Assembly (NCBI GenBank): GCA_012862495.1
Contig: BLSG01000240.1
Span: 191,893 to 254,187, forward strand
DNA from: Thraustochytrium aureum
Taxonomy: Eukaryota
Reading direction: 5' to 3'
Length of the DNA stretch: 62,295 nucleotides
Below the pieces are notes generated by a model. The model did no database searches. It was not told the origin of the DNA and saw only the letters and a list, made by a program, of their open reading frames with translations. Below, piece after piece: positions 1 through 11,804 of the stretch. Both the position numbers and the translations under genes were made by a program. Position 1 is the first letter of the stretch. Each line of letters begins with the position of its first letter.

Positions 1-100
1 GGGGCGGCCTGCTGGCGAGCACAGCGCCGCGCGCCTAGGCCTGCAATAATGTCCTGTGTAGATAGAGAGACAAACCGCCGACCTGCCCGCTCTCGCTCCT

Positions 101-2108
101 CTATTGCGCCCCGCAAGAGGCCTTTGCGCCGCTTGGGTCTGGATGATCGTCTGCCAGGGCTCGCGACACGGCATTTCCCTCGACCACGTGGAACGGCGAG
201 GCTAGAGCTCGCATTGCTTGCTGAACGTTGGCTTTGGCTGCATCCCAGGCGTTGGCCCCGCGCGCGCCTGTGGCCAACGTGGCAAACGGCTCCAGCAGGG
301 CCTGGATCACGAGGTTGTTAAAAACGACAACAGGGTCCAGCGCACCTCGTCGCAAATCGCGACCGGTTTGCGCGGCGCCTGCGACTGCCTCCGCAAGGAC
401 GCGCGTTTCGTTGGCTTGTGGGTCGCCGATCTCGGCCGCCCCTGGGAGCGCTGACCTGCGGATAGCCTCGTCCAACGCGCCGACCCCATTCGCGCTGCTT
501 TGAACCACCGCTCGCACAAGCGCATGCTCATCGAACCGATTTGAGGAGCGCAACGACGCAACGGCATCGACGACGCGCTCAGACAGGCTTGGCTTGAGTC
601 CAGCAACGCCAAGCTTGACGCGCAGCCGTTCCCGCACGCAGACCGAGACGGCCCCGTCAAATACCTCGAGCGCCGCCGAGACATCCTGTTGCGAAGCCCA
701 CCCGCGCCTCGGGCCAGACCCGCGCGCATGCAAGCCTCGCAGTGCGTCGCCCAGTTTGCCGAGCGCCCAGCGAGCGGCGCCAATTTGGCGACCAAAGGAA
801 TACCGGCCCTCAGTGTCGATGAAATTGGGCGTCCAGTCAGGGTCCCGCCTCTTGGCGGCCCAGCCAAAAACGTTCAGGTCGATTGTGATCCCGACGAGAC
901 TGAGGTTGTCCGTATTGAGAACCCCATGGGCAAACCCTACGGAATCCCAAGCCGCCACTAGAGCTCCGAGCCGACGCGCGGCTGTGCGGAGCATGCAGCC
1001 CAGCACTGTCGCACTGTTTGCGCCGCTCTCGATCATTTTTGGCGCACAAGTCTGCGCCTTTGGGCCGCGAAAGAAACAGAGCTCGAGCGGCTCTGGCGCA
1101 GGCCAGGCCTCGCGCGGCAGGTTTCGGAGCGGGCAAGTGATGCCGGGCTCGAGCTCGTGCGCCTCGAGGCGCGCCACGACGGCAGCGCATTTTGCGAGAC
1201 CGCGACTGCGCCATCAAGGCCGAGCTTGCGAGCCGCCCACTCTGCCGATCCGAAGCGCAGGAACGACGGCGCCGTGCGCACCAAGATCGCGGCCGGGAAC
1301 GGCACGGCGTGGCCGGAATACCACTTGTCACGCAAGACCGCGTCGCGCGGGTCTGCAGACCCAAAAACCACGGGGCATCGCGCCGTTGGGATCCCCAACG
1401 CGGCAAGGTGGGCCGACCCGAGCGCCTCCCGCAGCGCCGACTCTAGCGTTGCGCGCCCGTCGCCGCCGCGCGAGAAGGGTGTGCGGCCAGCGCCTTTGAG
1501 GCTCAGGTGGAATCCGCGGTACACCCCAAGATGAACGACTCTGCCGTCCCCGAGCTGCTCAGAGTACTCTCCAAACTGGTGCCCAGCATACGCCATCGCG
1601 AACGGCCGGGACCCTGCCAGCAGCGTTTCCCCGCGCAGTGCGCTCTCGAGCTCCTCGCTTAGTTCCCTTGCTCCAAACACCATTTCGAGTGCCTCTGCGT
1701 CCACACCACTCGTCTGGCGCTTTTCCAGGGGGCAGCGGCATCACTCGTACGGCCATATACGGCCCAACCCGTCCCGGTCCTCGTCGTGTGTCCGGGGTCC
1801 ACAGGCAGCCGTCCATCCGCCACGCCGTCCGACACGTTAAACCTCTCCCCCTGTCCTCCTTCCCACAGCGGCGACACCTCCCCGCAGGCCTCCCACGCGC
1901 CGTACCTGCACACGCAGCGTCCGCTGCCCGCAGTCCCGTCCAGGCAGTCAAACGCTGCGTCGTCGCAGTGGCAGGTCCCCTCGCACCGGCAGCCAAAGTG
2001 GCCCGGCGCGCAGGCCGTGAAGCAGGCCGCTTCTCGAACAGCATCTGCGCCGTACTCCGCAGCGACCGCCAGCGCCAGGAGCCCAGCCAGCGCCTGCCCC
2101 GCGCCCAT
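101..2108 (-). CDS. selO: SelO/YdiU-family protein adenylyltransferase with predicted N-terminal signal peptide and EGF-like Cys-rich module; split over three ORFs by frameshifts near 1700-1770 and 1190
   Basis: SelO motifs in order: AYAGHQFG, QLGDGR, LKGAGRTPFSRGGDGRA, HLAALGIPTAR, SFLRFGS (ORF 1033..1704), then GFAHGVLNTDNLS and GRYSFGRQ (ORF 101..1177). The upstream ORF from ATG 2108 gives MGAGQALAGLLALAVAA and CAPGHFGCRCEGTCHC...C...GRCVC. Confidence 0.85.
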
Positions 2109-3374
2109 CGCGCGCGCCCATCGCTTCACGGCTCTGCTCGCCCTCCTCGCTCCTCTCGCATTCGCATTTGCATGGTCGCCAAACGCACATCCAGGGAACA
2201 CAACGAACGGGGAACACGAAGAACGTTCTCTTCGCTGGAGCTAGAGAACAGGAAGAAGCTCGCCGGAGAGAACACGGCGAGCGTCCTTGGGTGGGACTCG
2301 GCGGACGCGGCCGTGAATTTCGCAGCGGGAGCCATCGCTTGACCAAGATCTCAATCAAAAAATCAAAAAGGAAGACGTCGCCCGCGCGGTGTCGCGCGCT
2401 CTGTCTGGGCCTGAGGTGATTGGTGAGTCGCGCGCCCTTTGCTTGTTTGCTCACGCACATGGCTCCTGGTTGAGGCTGCAGGAGGGCTGGCCTGTCGGCC
2501 GCTGCGCCGGATGCTCGGGGAGATGCGAGCGAGCATCTGCCGCTCACCTGGAGCTCGGTTCCAACCTTGACGCGTTCGAGTCCTGAGTGGGCGACCTTGC
2601 GTTGCGAGTTCAGTTTGCGAACGCGCTTGATCCAGACAGACTTCACGAGACACACGAAGACTTCGATCTTGACCGAGGAGAAAGATAGCGGGGGGACGCT
2701 CCCGGTGACCAACCGCACCCGGCCAACATCTCGCCAGCCAAGATCCGCTGCCCATCCAAGCCCACCCATCCATCCACCCATCCATCCAACCATCCCTCGC
2801 TCGCTCGCACCGCGGCCCACCGTCGTCCGCCCGTAGCGCTCCGTCCACCGCGCGCGGCCGCCCTGCAGCCTGCCGCGAGCAGNNNNNNNNNNNNNNNNNN
2901 NNNNNNNNNNNNNNNNNNNNNNNNNNNNNNNNNNNNNNNNNNNNNNNNNNNNNNNNNNNNNNNNNNNNNNNNNNNNNNNNNNNNNNNNNNNNNNNNNNNN
3001 NNNNNNNNNNNNNNNNNNNNNNNNNNNNNNNNNNNNNNNNNNNNNNNNNNNNNNNNNNNNNNNNNNNNNNNNNNNNNNNNNNNNNNNNNNNNNNNNNNNN
3101 NNNNNNNNNNNNNNNNNNNNNNNNNNNNNNNNNNNNNNNNNNNNNNNNNNNNNNNNNNNNNNNNNNNNNNNNNNNNNNNNNNNNNNNNNNNNNNNNNNNN
3201 NNNNNNNNNNNNNNNNNNNNNNNNNNNNNNNNNNNNNNNNNNNNNNNNNNNNNNNNNNNNNNNNNNNNNNNNNNNNNNNNNNNNNNNNNNNNNNNNNNNN
3301 NNNNNNNNNNNNNNNNNNNNNNNNNNNNNNNNNNNNNNNNNNNNNNNNNNNNNNNNNNNNNNNNNNNNNNNNNN

Positions 3375-5999
3375 GGCCAGGCGAGGCAAGGGAAACCGGT
3401 GCTTGATTTGAGGGACGCCGACATTGGGCTCGAAGATATGGAAGCCGTCGCGATGGAGCTGCAGCGCAACCGAACGGTGACCTCCGTCGACCTGAGCGGC
3501 AATGGCCGGCTCGAGACCAAGGGTGCGCCCTCCTCGCCGACGCCATTCGGACGAACAGGTCTATCACGTTCATTGACATCTCTGGCACCCACGCCACAGG
3601 CAACGGGATCCGCCAGCTCACGAAGAAGATCAAGGTCAACGAGTTTCAAAAGCCCCGGCTCACCAAGCTCAACCTCGCCAACAACCAATACGGCCCGCTG
3701 GGGCCTACGGCGCTTTATAAAACGCTTTCCATGGGTACGACGCTGCGCGACGTCGAGCTTTCGGGGCTGAACGCCGAAGGCGCAGCGCGCTTTGCGGAAG
3801 CTGCTCTTTGCGCGCCGAACCAGCTGCAATGGGTCCGGCTGACAGGGTGCAGTATCGACGCCCCGTTCGTGCGCAGCATGGCGGCTGTTGTTGCCAAGGG
3901 TGGCCTGGTTGGACTGTGCCTCGGGGGCGAGCTTTCGGCTCCCGCGGCGCGCGAGCTACGCGCGGGCCTCGCTGCCGAAACGTGCTCCTTGCGAATGCTG
4001 GAAGTGTGCGAGACACATGTGAGCAAGGCCCTGTTTCAGGCGCTGCTTGAAAACCTCATTGAAAACGCCTCTCTCAGGTCCCTCGACGTCTCAGCGTGCC
4101 CGTCTGCAGTGGACGCGGCCTTCGTCGACGACCTGCTGACGAGCCTGATTCGATCGTGTCGCAACCGCACGCTTTGCGAGTTGCGAGGCGTTCCTGTCGG
4201 CGCGGTGGGCATTGCGCTCCTCGAAGGCAATGCAGCACAGCAGCTGCCCGTAACGGCGGCTGGGTCCCTGATGGCGCACATGGCCGATCCGTTCGCCGCC
4301 GCCCGCGGAACTCCGACGTTGAGTGGGCTTGATGCGCTGGAGCAAAGCCCATTCGCTAGCCCTGCGTCGGAAATAGCCGATGCTTCTGAGGACGGGATTT
4401 GGGCCGCCGCGCCCTCACCGTGGTCGTCGCCGGTTTTCAATGTTGGCGCAAGCAGCCTGGACGAGCTGCAGCCGCACCATGAACAGAACCCTTCGGGGTG
4501 GTGCGGCCCTTCGACTTGGCTCCCGGGCCAAGCCCCGCTCAACAACGGCGCTGGTTTCTCGCTCCCTGTGTGGGGGCTCCAGGTTACCCAAGATGCGCCC
4601 GCGCATGGTGCTGCTCCTGGACTTGCTGCAGGTTCCACAACCAACCTCACGCTGTCGCACTATGCGGTTGAGCAGCACCCTTTTCTGCCCACAGGGCAAA
4701 GCGGCGCGAACGGGTCTAGCGAGCCGCTCCGCGAGAGCCAACACAGGCAAGACTCCCAGCCCACGAGCGCAAATATGGCGCATCCAAGCGATGCACACTC
4801 CATCTCGGCGGCAGCTATTGCGCCGATGGGCAAGGCCAGGGCGAACGCGTCCGAGACCTCGGGAAGCAGCGAAGGCCTCCAGAGACAGAGCACCAAGGGC
4901 TTAAAGGAGGGCATGTTCCATCGGAGTGTCCAGCGCTTTGTCAACGTTCCCGGCCGGCTCAAGGAGAAGGCTTTCATAGCAGCGGACCCGCAGCGCCGCA
5001 GCCTAGCGGTGGCGACGCAGGCGCAGTCNNNNNNNNNNNNNNNNNNNNNNNNNNNNNNNNNNNNNNNNNNNNNNNNNNNNNNNNNNNNNNNNNNNNNNNN
5101 NNNNNNNNNNNNNNNNNNNNNNNNNNNNNNNNNNNNNNNNNNNNNNNNNNNNNNNNNNNNNNNNNNNNNNCAACATCGTCGTGGCCACTGCCTCGGGCCA
5201 GAGCCAGCTGCTGTGCTACGAGTACAGCGGCGAGGACAACTCCTGGACGCTTACGTGGAAAAAGTCGCTCCAGGGCTACGGCCCCTATGTGCAAGCGATG
5301 ACTGTGTTTGGGGCGGGCGTCTTCCTCAAGCTCGAGTCCAAACCGGCCGAGGTCGCCATGCCATCTCGCTTCATGCTCTTTTCGATTGAGGAGGAGGAAC
5401 TCCACTGCTTTGCATGCGACGGAGACCTGTTCCCGCATTGCGCAGAGCTCAACGTGTTCCCTGAGCGCGGTGCGCTCCTCGCCTATCCTTGGCAGCAACA
5501 AAGCGGCGCGGGCGGTCCAGCCGCGGCTGTCTGCCTCATATTCGCTGAAGAGTGCGTGCAGCAGTTTGGGGCACACTTTGCGATTCCGGACCGCACGAGG
5601 ATGGCGGCAGCTCTCGTCAACCACTTGGCCGCAGAAAACTGCATGGTGGTGAGCACGGCGTCGCAAGGTCTACTGGCGGTGCTCAGTTGGTCGGTCCGCG
5701 ACACGATGCTTGAAAAGCTGAAGGTGACCTACCTTCGTCCAGACTGGTCCCGGCCGGCCAGAGAAGCCCGCCTCGCCTTGGTGCCGTACGTGCACAAACA
5801 CACGAGCGAGCTGTGCGAGCTTGAGGTGGTGCACACGACAGAGCTGAAGGGCGTGCCTGACATCTCGCAAGTGCAGGGCGCGACCTTGGGCGTCGACAAC
5901 ATTTTGCACATTCTCTGTGTTGAGCGAGTCAAGGTGCCGGGCAAAAGGTGGTCTCTCTTCAAGCGGTTCGTGTTTTCCACGCAAGGTTGGGCTCGCTGA
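3375..5999 (+). CDS. RNI-like leucine-rich repeat protein with low-complexity linker and unidentified C-terminal globular domain; 5' end in gap, frameshifted
   Basis: LRR units VLDLRDADIG, VTSVDLSGN, LTKLNLANNQ, LRDVELSGL, LQWVRLTGCSI, LRSLDVSAC across shifting frames. Coding-like sequence resumes after the 5029-5170 gap and ends at TGA 5999; joining across the gap is inferred. Confidence 0.6.
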
Positions 6000-6084
6000 G
6001 AAAGCACGCAAGGTTGGGCTCGTCGAGAAAGCTTGCAAGGTTGGGCTCGTCGAGAAAGCACGCGAGGTTGGGCTCGGCGAAAGG
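5978..6084 (+). repeat. 27-bp tandem repeat, about 4 copies (CACGCAAGGTTGGGCTCGTCGAGAAAG)
   Basis: Units start at 5978, 6005, 6032 and 6059 with few substitutions and no spacers. Confidence 0.95.
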
Positions 6085-7653
6085 AAGGGGAAGATCGACA
6101 GGCGCAGGGATCGCGGTCATCGGAGGCGATTTCGAGGGCCAGCGCTTGCGCCGCACAAACGCCGTTTGTATTCAACCGTCCGGCCACAGCAAGCAAGAAC
6201 GAGCCGTTCGCTTTGGGCCTGGCGTTTCTCCTTCTCGTCGTTGACTTTCGTGGCCGTCCGCTGCAAGTGGGACGCAAACCCCGGCGCCTAGGGGGAGCAG
6301 GGATGGGGCCACGCAGCGAGCGACCTGCAACTGTCGCGCCGTGCCCGCTGCCGCGTGGGAAGGCCGGGCCGCGCCTTGCATGAAAATCGATTTTGGTTCT
6401 CTTTTTCTTTTCTCCGGTTGTTTAGCTCGCTTTCCTCTTCCTCTGCCACGAATTAGTGCGTGCCTTCGCTTCACGTGCCTCGAGCGCGGGCTCGCAACAA
6501 CATGCCACGCTTTGCGGCTGGTGCTCGGCCCTTGACATCACATGCACACCGGTGCTTCAGGCCAAGACGTGCAGACCAACGGGCCCGACTGCGCCCACAA
6601 TAGCTTGGCATAAGGCGTCGTTGTGCAACTTGCGCCGAGGGCCTAGATCGGCGCACGATCCGTGCGCGCAGTGCCGTACCTGTCGGTGCGTGGGCGGAAG
6701 GTGCGCTNNNNNNNNNNNNNNNNNNNNNNNNNNNNNNNNNNNNNNNNNNNNNNNNNNNNNNNNNNNNNNNNNNNNNNNNNNNNNNNNNNNNNNNNNNNNN
6801 NNNNNNNNNNNNNNNNNNNNNNNNNNNNNNNNNNNNNNNNNNNNNNNNNNNNNNNNNNNNNNNNNNNNNNNNNNNNNNNNNNNNNNNNNNNNNNNNNNNN
6901 NNNNNNNNNNNNNNNNNNNNNNNNNNNNNNNNNNNNNNNNNNNNNNNNNNNNNNNNNNNNNNNNNNNNNNNNNNNNNNNNNNNNNNNNNNNNNNNNNNNN
7001 NNNNNNNNNNNNNNNNNNNNNNNNNNNNNNNNNNNNNNNNNNNNNNNNNNNNNNNNNNNNNNNNNNNNNNNNNNNNNNNNNNNNNNNNNNNNNNNNNNNN
7101 NNNNNNNNNNNNNNNNNNNNNNNNNNNNNNNNNNNNNNNNNNNNNNNNNNNNNNNNNNNNNNNNNNNNNNNNNNNNNNNNNNNNNNNNNNNNNNNNNNNN
7201 NNNNNNNNNNNNNNNNNNNNNNNNNNNNNNNNNNNNNNNNNNNNNNNNNNNNNNNNNNNNNNNNNNNNNNNNNNNNNNNNNNNNNNNNNNNNNNNNNNNN
7301 NNNNNNNNNNNNNNNNNNNNNNNNNNNNNNNNNNNNNNNNNNNNNNNNNNNNNNNNNNNNNNNNNNNNNNNNNNNNNNNNNNNNNNNNNNNNNNNNNNNN
7401 NNNNNNNNNNNNNNNNNNNNNNNNNNNNNNNNNNNNNNNNNNNNNNNNNNNNNNNNNNNNNNNNNNNNNNNNNNNNNNNNNNNNNNNNNNNNNNNNNNNN
7501 NNNNNNNNNNNNNNNNNNNNNNNNNNNNNNNNNNNNNNNNNNNNNNNNNNNNNNNNNNNNNNNNNNNNNNNNNNNNNNNNNNNNNNNNNNNNNNNNNNNN
7601 NNNNNNNNNNNNNNNNNNNNNNNNNNNNNNNNNNNNNNNNNNNNNNNNNNNNN

Positions 7654-9283
7654 TGCGGAGTAGGCAGCACTTGGCGGCGTTGGCCATGTCGCCGACGCGG
7701 GTGTAATAGGCCTGGACCTCCTCGGCGATGTCGACCATGTCGCCTTCGTCGCCGAGGCGGTCGATGTACTCTTGCTTGTGCGGGTCGGTCTGGCGCAGGC
7801 ACTTGGTGTACTCGTCGGAGAGGCGCTCCACGTAGATGCCGAGGTCGCCCACGACGCGCACCACATTGGGGTCCGCGCCGGGGGCCTCCTCCTCCTCCTC
7901 CTCCTCCTCTTCCGCCTCTCCCTCGGCGCCATCCGTCTCAGCGTTGGCCTTGCTGTCGCGGGCGATCGCAGCCTTGGCCGCGTTGTCCCGCACGATGGTG
8001 CGGAGAGCGCCGATCTCGTCGCCCTCGATTTGGCCCAGGCGGAGCTCCGGGTTGGCGTTGAGCACCCGCAAAACGAAGCGGATGTCGCGCACGACGTTGC
8101 GCCACAGGAACGGCGGCATGTGCTCGTCGATCCCGCTGCGGATGTCAAACTCTGCCGAGACGAGGTGCATGAGGCCAGGGATTGTCTTCTTGGGGCCAAG
8201 CGGAAACTGCATCTGCACCAGTTTGCGCATCTGGTTCAGGTTTTCCATCTTGTTGACGCCCTTCTTGCCGCGCATCGAGACGAGCTCCATGATTTGAGCG
8301 CTGATCTGCTTCGGGGTCAGCACCTCCACGGCGGCCTTCTCTGCGGCCTGGATCTGACGTGCCTCCTCTTTCAACCGCTTCTTGGCCTCCTGCTTGGCAG
8401 CGCGCTCCGCGGCGATGCGCTCGGCCTCCTCGGGCGTCGGCTTCTTGGGTCCAGAGCTCGCTGGCGTGCGCTTGACCCACCGCGCGCGGCCAGTCAGCTC
8501 GCCATCGTCTTCGTCGTCGGAGCTCGACGAGGAATCCGACCAGACGTCGCTGCCGTCCTTGACCCAGTCCGGCTCGTCTTCGGACGCTGCGCCCCCGTCT
8601 GCGGCGGCGCCCTCCCCGTCCGCCTCCGCCTCGTCGCCCGACTCTGACGAGCTGGACGAGCTAGACGAGCCTGAGGAGCTGGACGAGTCGCTGTCCGAGT
8701 CGCTGTCCGAGTCCGAACCGGAGTCCGAGCCGGAGTCCGACGCTGACTCGGACGCGGCGTCCTCCTTGACGGGCTCCACGGCGTTGGTCAGCTCGTCGCC
8801 GAGCTCGGTCACGAGCTTGGGGACGCGAGCGCGAAGGTGGTTGAAGGCCTTGTTGTTGGTCTTGCTGAGCTTTTTGAGCGCGAGCTTGTCGTTGAAGAGG
8901 TCGATGATGACGTGGTTCAGGTACTTGATGGCGAGCAGGTACGCGGTCACGTGCTTGTCGTCGTTGACCTTCTTGGCCTTCTCCTCCTCTTTGTTGAGCT
9001 TCTTGTACTCCTCCTCGACGCTGATCCAGTCGCCGATCTTGAGTTTGTTCCGCAGCGTCTTGGCCTGCTTGTTGACGGCCTCAGACATTTTCTCGGTCGC
9101 CGTGCGCACGACGCGCGACTCCTCGTCGTCGGACGACTCATCGGTATCGATCCACCTCGAAGCGCCGCCCTTCTTCTTCTTGTCGTCCTGCTCCTCTTCC
9201 GACTCGGACGCGCTGGCCTGCTCCTCCTCTTCCGAGCTCGAGTCCGCCGCCGCCCAGAACCGCGACTTTTGCTGGCTCGCCAT
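7654..9283 (-). CDS. EIF3C: Eukaryotic translation initiation factor 3 subunit C, N-terminal half; 3' part lost in gap
   Basis: MASQQKSRFWAAADSSSEEE start, RVVRTATEK, KIGDWISVEEEYKKL, KKLSKTNNKAFNHLR, RGKKG, YVERLSDEYTKCLRQTDPHKQEYIDRLGDE match the eIF3c N-terminal pattern. Confidence 0.9.
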
Positions 9284-10485
9284 CCTGCCCGCCGCGCCTC
9301 GCCGCCCCTGCTCTCCTTGCCCTCCTTCGCGCCTTGCACGCGTCCAGCGCAGTTCGCCGGCTCTGCTCGCCAAGTCGTGCTCGAGGACCACCCACTCGCT
9401 CCGAAGCAACCCGTCCGTCCGTCCACCCGCTCGCTGCCGACCACACGTCCCGCAAACCCTCGCGCGCCCGCCTCGCGCCCGCCCCGCAGCCGCACAGCCG
9501 CTCCGCCCCGCCGCGCTCCCTCCTTCGCACGCGCTACCGCAACGCGCGCANNNNNNNNNNNNNNNNNNNNNNNNNNNNNNNNNNNNNNNNNNNNNNNNNN
9601 NNNNNNNNNNNNNNNNNNNNNNNNNNNNNNNNNNNNNNNNNNNNNNNNNNNNNNNNNNNNNNNNNNNNNNNNNNNNNNNNNNNNNNNNNNNNNNNNNNNN
9701 NNNNNNNNNNNNNNNNNNNNNNNNNNNNNNNNNNNNNNNNNNNNNNNNNNNNNNNNNNNNNNNNNNNNNNNNNNNNNNNNNNNNNNNNNNNNNNNNNNNN
9801 NNNNNNNNNNNNNNNNNNNNNNNNNNNNNNNNNNNNNNNNNNNNNNNNNNNNNNNNNNNNNNNNNNNNNNNNNNNNNNNNNNNNNNNNNNNNNNNNNNNN
9901 NNNNNNNNNNNNNNNNNNNNNNNNNNNNNNNNNNNNNNNNNNNNNNNNNNNNNNNNNNNNNNNNNNNNNNNNNNNNNNNNNNNNNNNNNNNNNNNNNNNN
10001 NNNNNNTGGCTGGCTGGGCGGCCGGCTGGATTGCGGCCCGCTGTTCTCGGCCTCCTCTGCCCGCAGCGAACGCCCCGCTAAGCTGCGACGCCTCTCACAG
10101 CGCGCGAGCACGGCCCAGTAGTGGCCCCGGAGCCACGCAAGTGAGGAGGGTGCCGCCGTCACGGCGGGGCCTGATTGACTGGTTCGCTTGCTGGTTTGAC
10201 CCGCAGGGCCGTCTCGGCCAGGGTCCTCTGACGCGCGTCGCCGGTCAGCAGGGAGTTGCCGGCACAGGAACGAACCCACGATGAACCACGCTTTTTCCAT
10301 CGATGGCCCAAACCGGCACCTGCAAGGCCGAGTCTCTCTCCCAAAGCGGCTTTGCGGAGCTGGCCAACCAAATCTCGCGGGGAACAGTTGGCGGCCCAGG
10401 CCACTCCGCTGCGAAGCGTCGATTTTGTTTTGTTTTGTTTTGTTTTGCTTTAAAAGTGGAAGAGGGGATGGAAATGGAAACAATC

Positions 10486-11804
10486 TCACTCGAGGCGCTG
10501 CTTCTTGCTCTGCACGCCTTCGTCCGCTCGAGGCGTAATCACACGCGCGCCAGGCCCAAGCTTGGTGGCAAAGCAGGTGCACTCAACGCCGAACTTGGCT
10601 CTGTACTGCTCAGCAAGAGACGCTTGCACGGCCTCCACCTTGGCGGTCTCCACCAACGAGACAGTGCAGCCCCCAAAGCCGCCGCCAGTGATCCGGGAAC
10701 CGAGAACCCCGTCCAGCGCCGTCGCAGCCTCAACGAGAAAGTCGATCTCAGGGATGCTCACCTCGTAATCGTCTCGCAAGGACGCATGCGACGCAAACAT
10801 CAGCTTGCCCACGGCAATATAGTCGTTGCTCTGCGCAGCCTTGGCCGCGGTGGTCGCGCGCTCGTCCTCCGAGATCGCGTGCCGCCCCCGGCGATAAACA
10901 ACTTCGTCCATGGCCCCAGCCGCTTTGGCCTGCTCGAGCTCCGCAAGCGTAGCATCGCGGAGGTGAGTCCGCGCGGCGCCGGAGGCCCCGATCTCCCCGC
11001 AAACCTTGTTGATCGCGGCGAGAGCTTCCTTGCACTGCCGGACGCGGTCCGGGTACTCGCTCCCCGAGAGCTCGTGCTTGACGTTCGAGTTGGTGACAAG
11101 CACGCAAATCGAGGGGTCCGACATGGGCACTTCAACCGTCCCGCGCGACCTGCAGTCGATCAGCAGCAGGCAACCCTCGACTGCGCAGGAGGAAATGAAC
11201 TGGTCCATGATGCCGCACGGCACGTTGGCAAACGTGTGCTCGGCCTCGACGCACCGCAGGGCGCGCTGCACCTTGTCAACCGTCGTGATCCCGTAGAGCT
11301 CTTCGAGCGCGGCGGCCGTGCAGACCTCGAGCGACGCCGAGCTGCTCAGCCCGCCGCCGAGGGGGACGTCGCTCGCGAACGCGGCGTCAAATCCGACAGC
11401 CTCGCGCTCCTGGCCCGCTACCGGCTTGGCCGCGAAGATCTCTTCTACGTACTGCTTGATCACGCCCTTGACGTACCGGGCCCAGCTCTCGTCCTTGCCG
11501 GGGACCAGCGAGTCACTCGATTCGTCCAGCGTAAACGCTGCAGTCGTCTCTGGCTCGTACGCCGACACGATGCGGCACTTCTTGCTGCCGTCCTCGCGGA
11601 GTCTGATCACGCATACGGTAGACTGTTCGAGGGCGAGCGGCATCACAAACCCGTCGTTGTAGTCCGTGTGCTCGCCGATCAGGTTGACCCGTCCCGGCGC
11701 GGCCACGCACACCAGTCCGTCCACGTCCTTCCCGTCCCCGTCCGCAAACGCCTTGGCGAACAGCGCCCTCGCCGCACCTCCATCGGCCCTGCCGTGCCTG
11801 CCAT
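10486..11804 (-). CDS. GALK1: Galactokinase (GHMP kinase); exact start uncertain, ATG 11804 needs one indel
   Basis: APGRVNLIGEHTDYNDGFVMPLAL, PLGGGLSSSASLE, CGIMDQF, SLRDDYEVS, GSRITGGGFGGCTV. Confidence 0.95.

Noticed and set aside
101..130. Selenocysteine readthrough at the SelO C-terminus
   Set aside because: The stop is TAG and the terminal motif already has Cys; there is no in-frame TGA at the Sec position.
5978..6084. 27-bp repeats as a CRISPR array
   Set aside because: Units are contiguous with no unique spacers, there are no cas genes, and the context is eukaryotic.
6557..10582. 1341-aa ORF as one giant protein, and other X-filled ORFs
   Set aside because: Artefact of translating through N-gaps; only the 7654-9283 portion is eIF3c.
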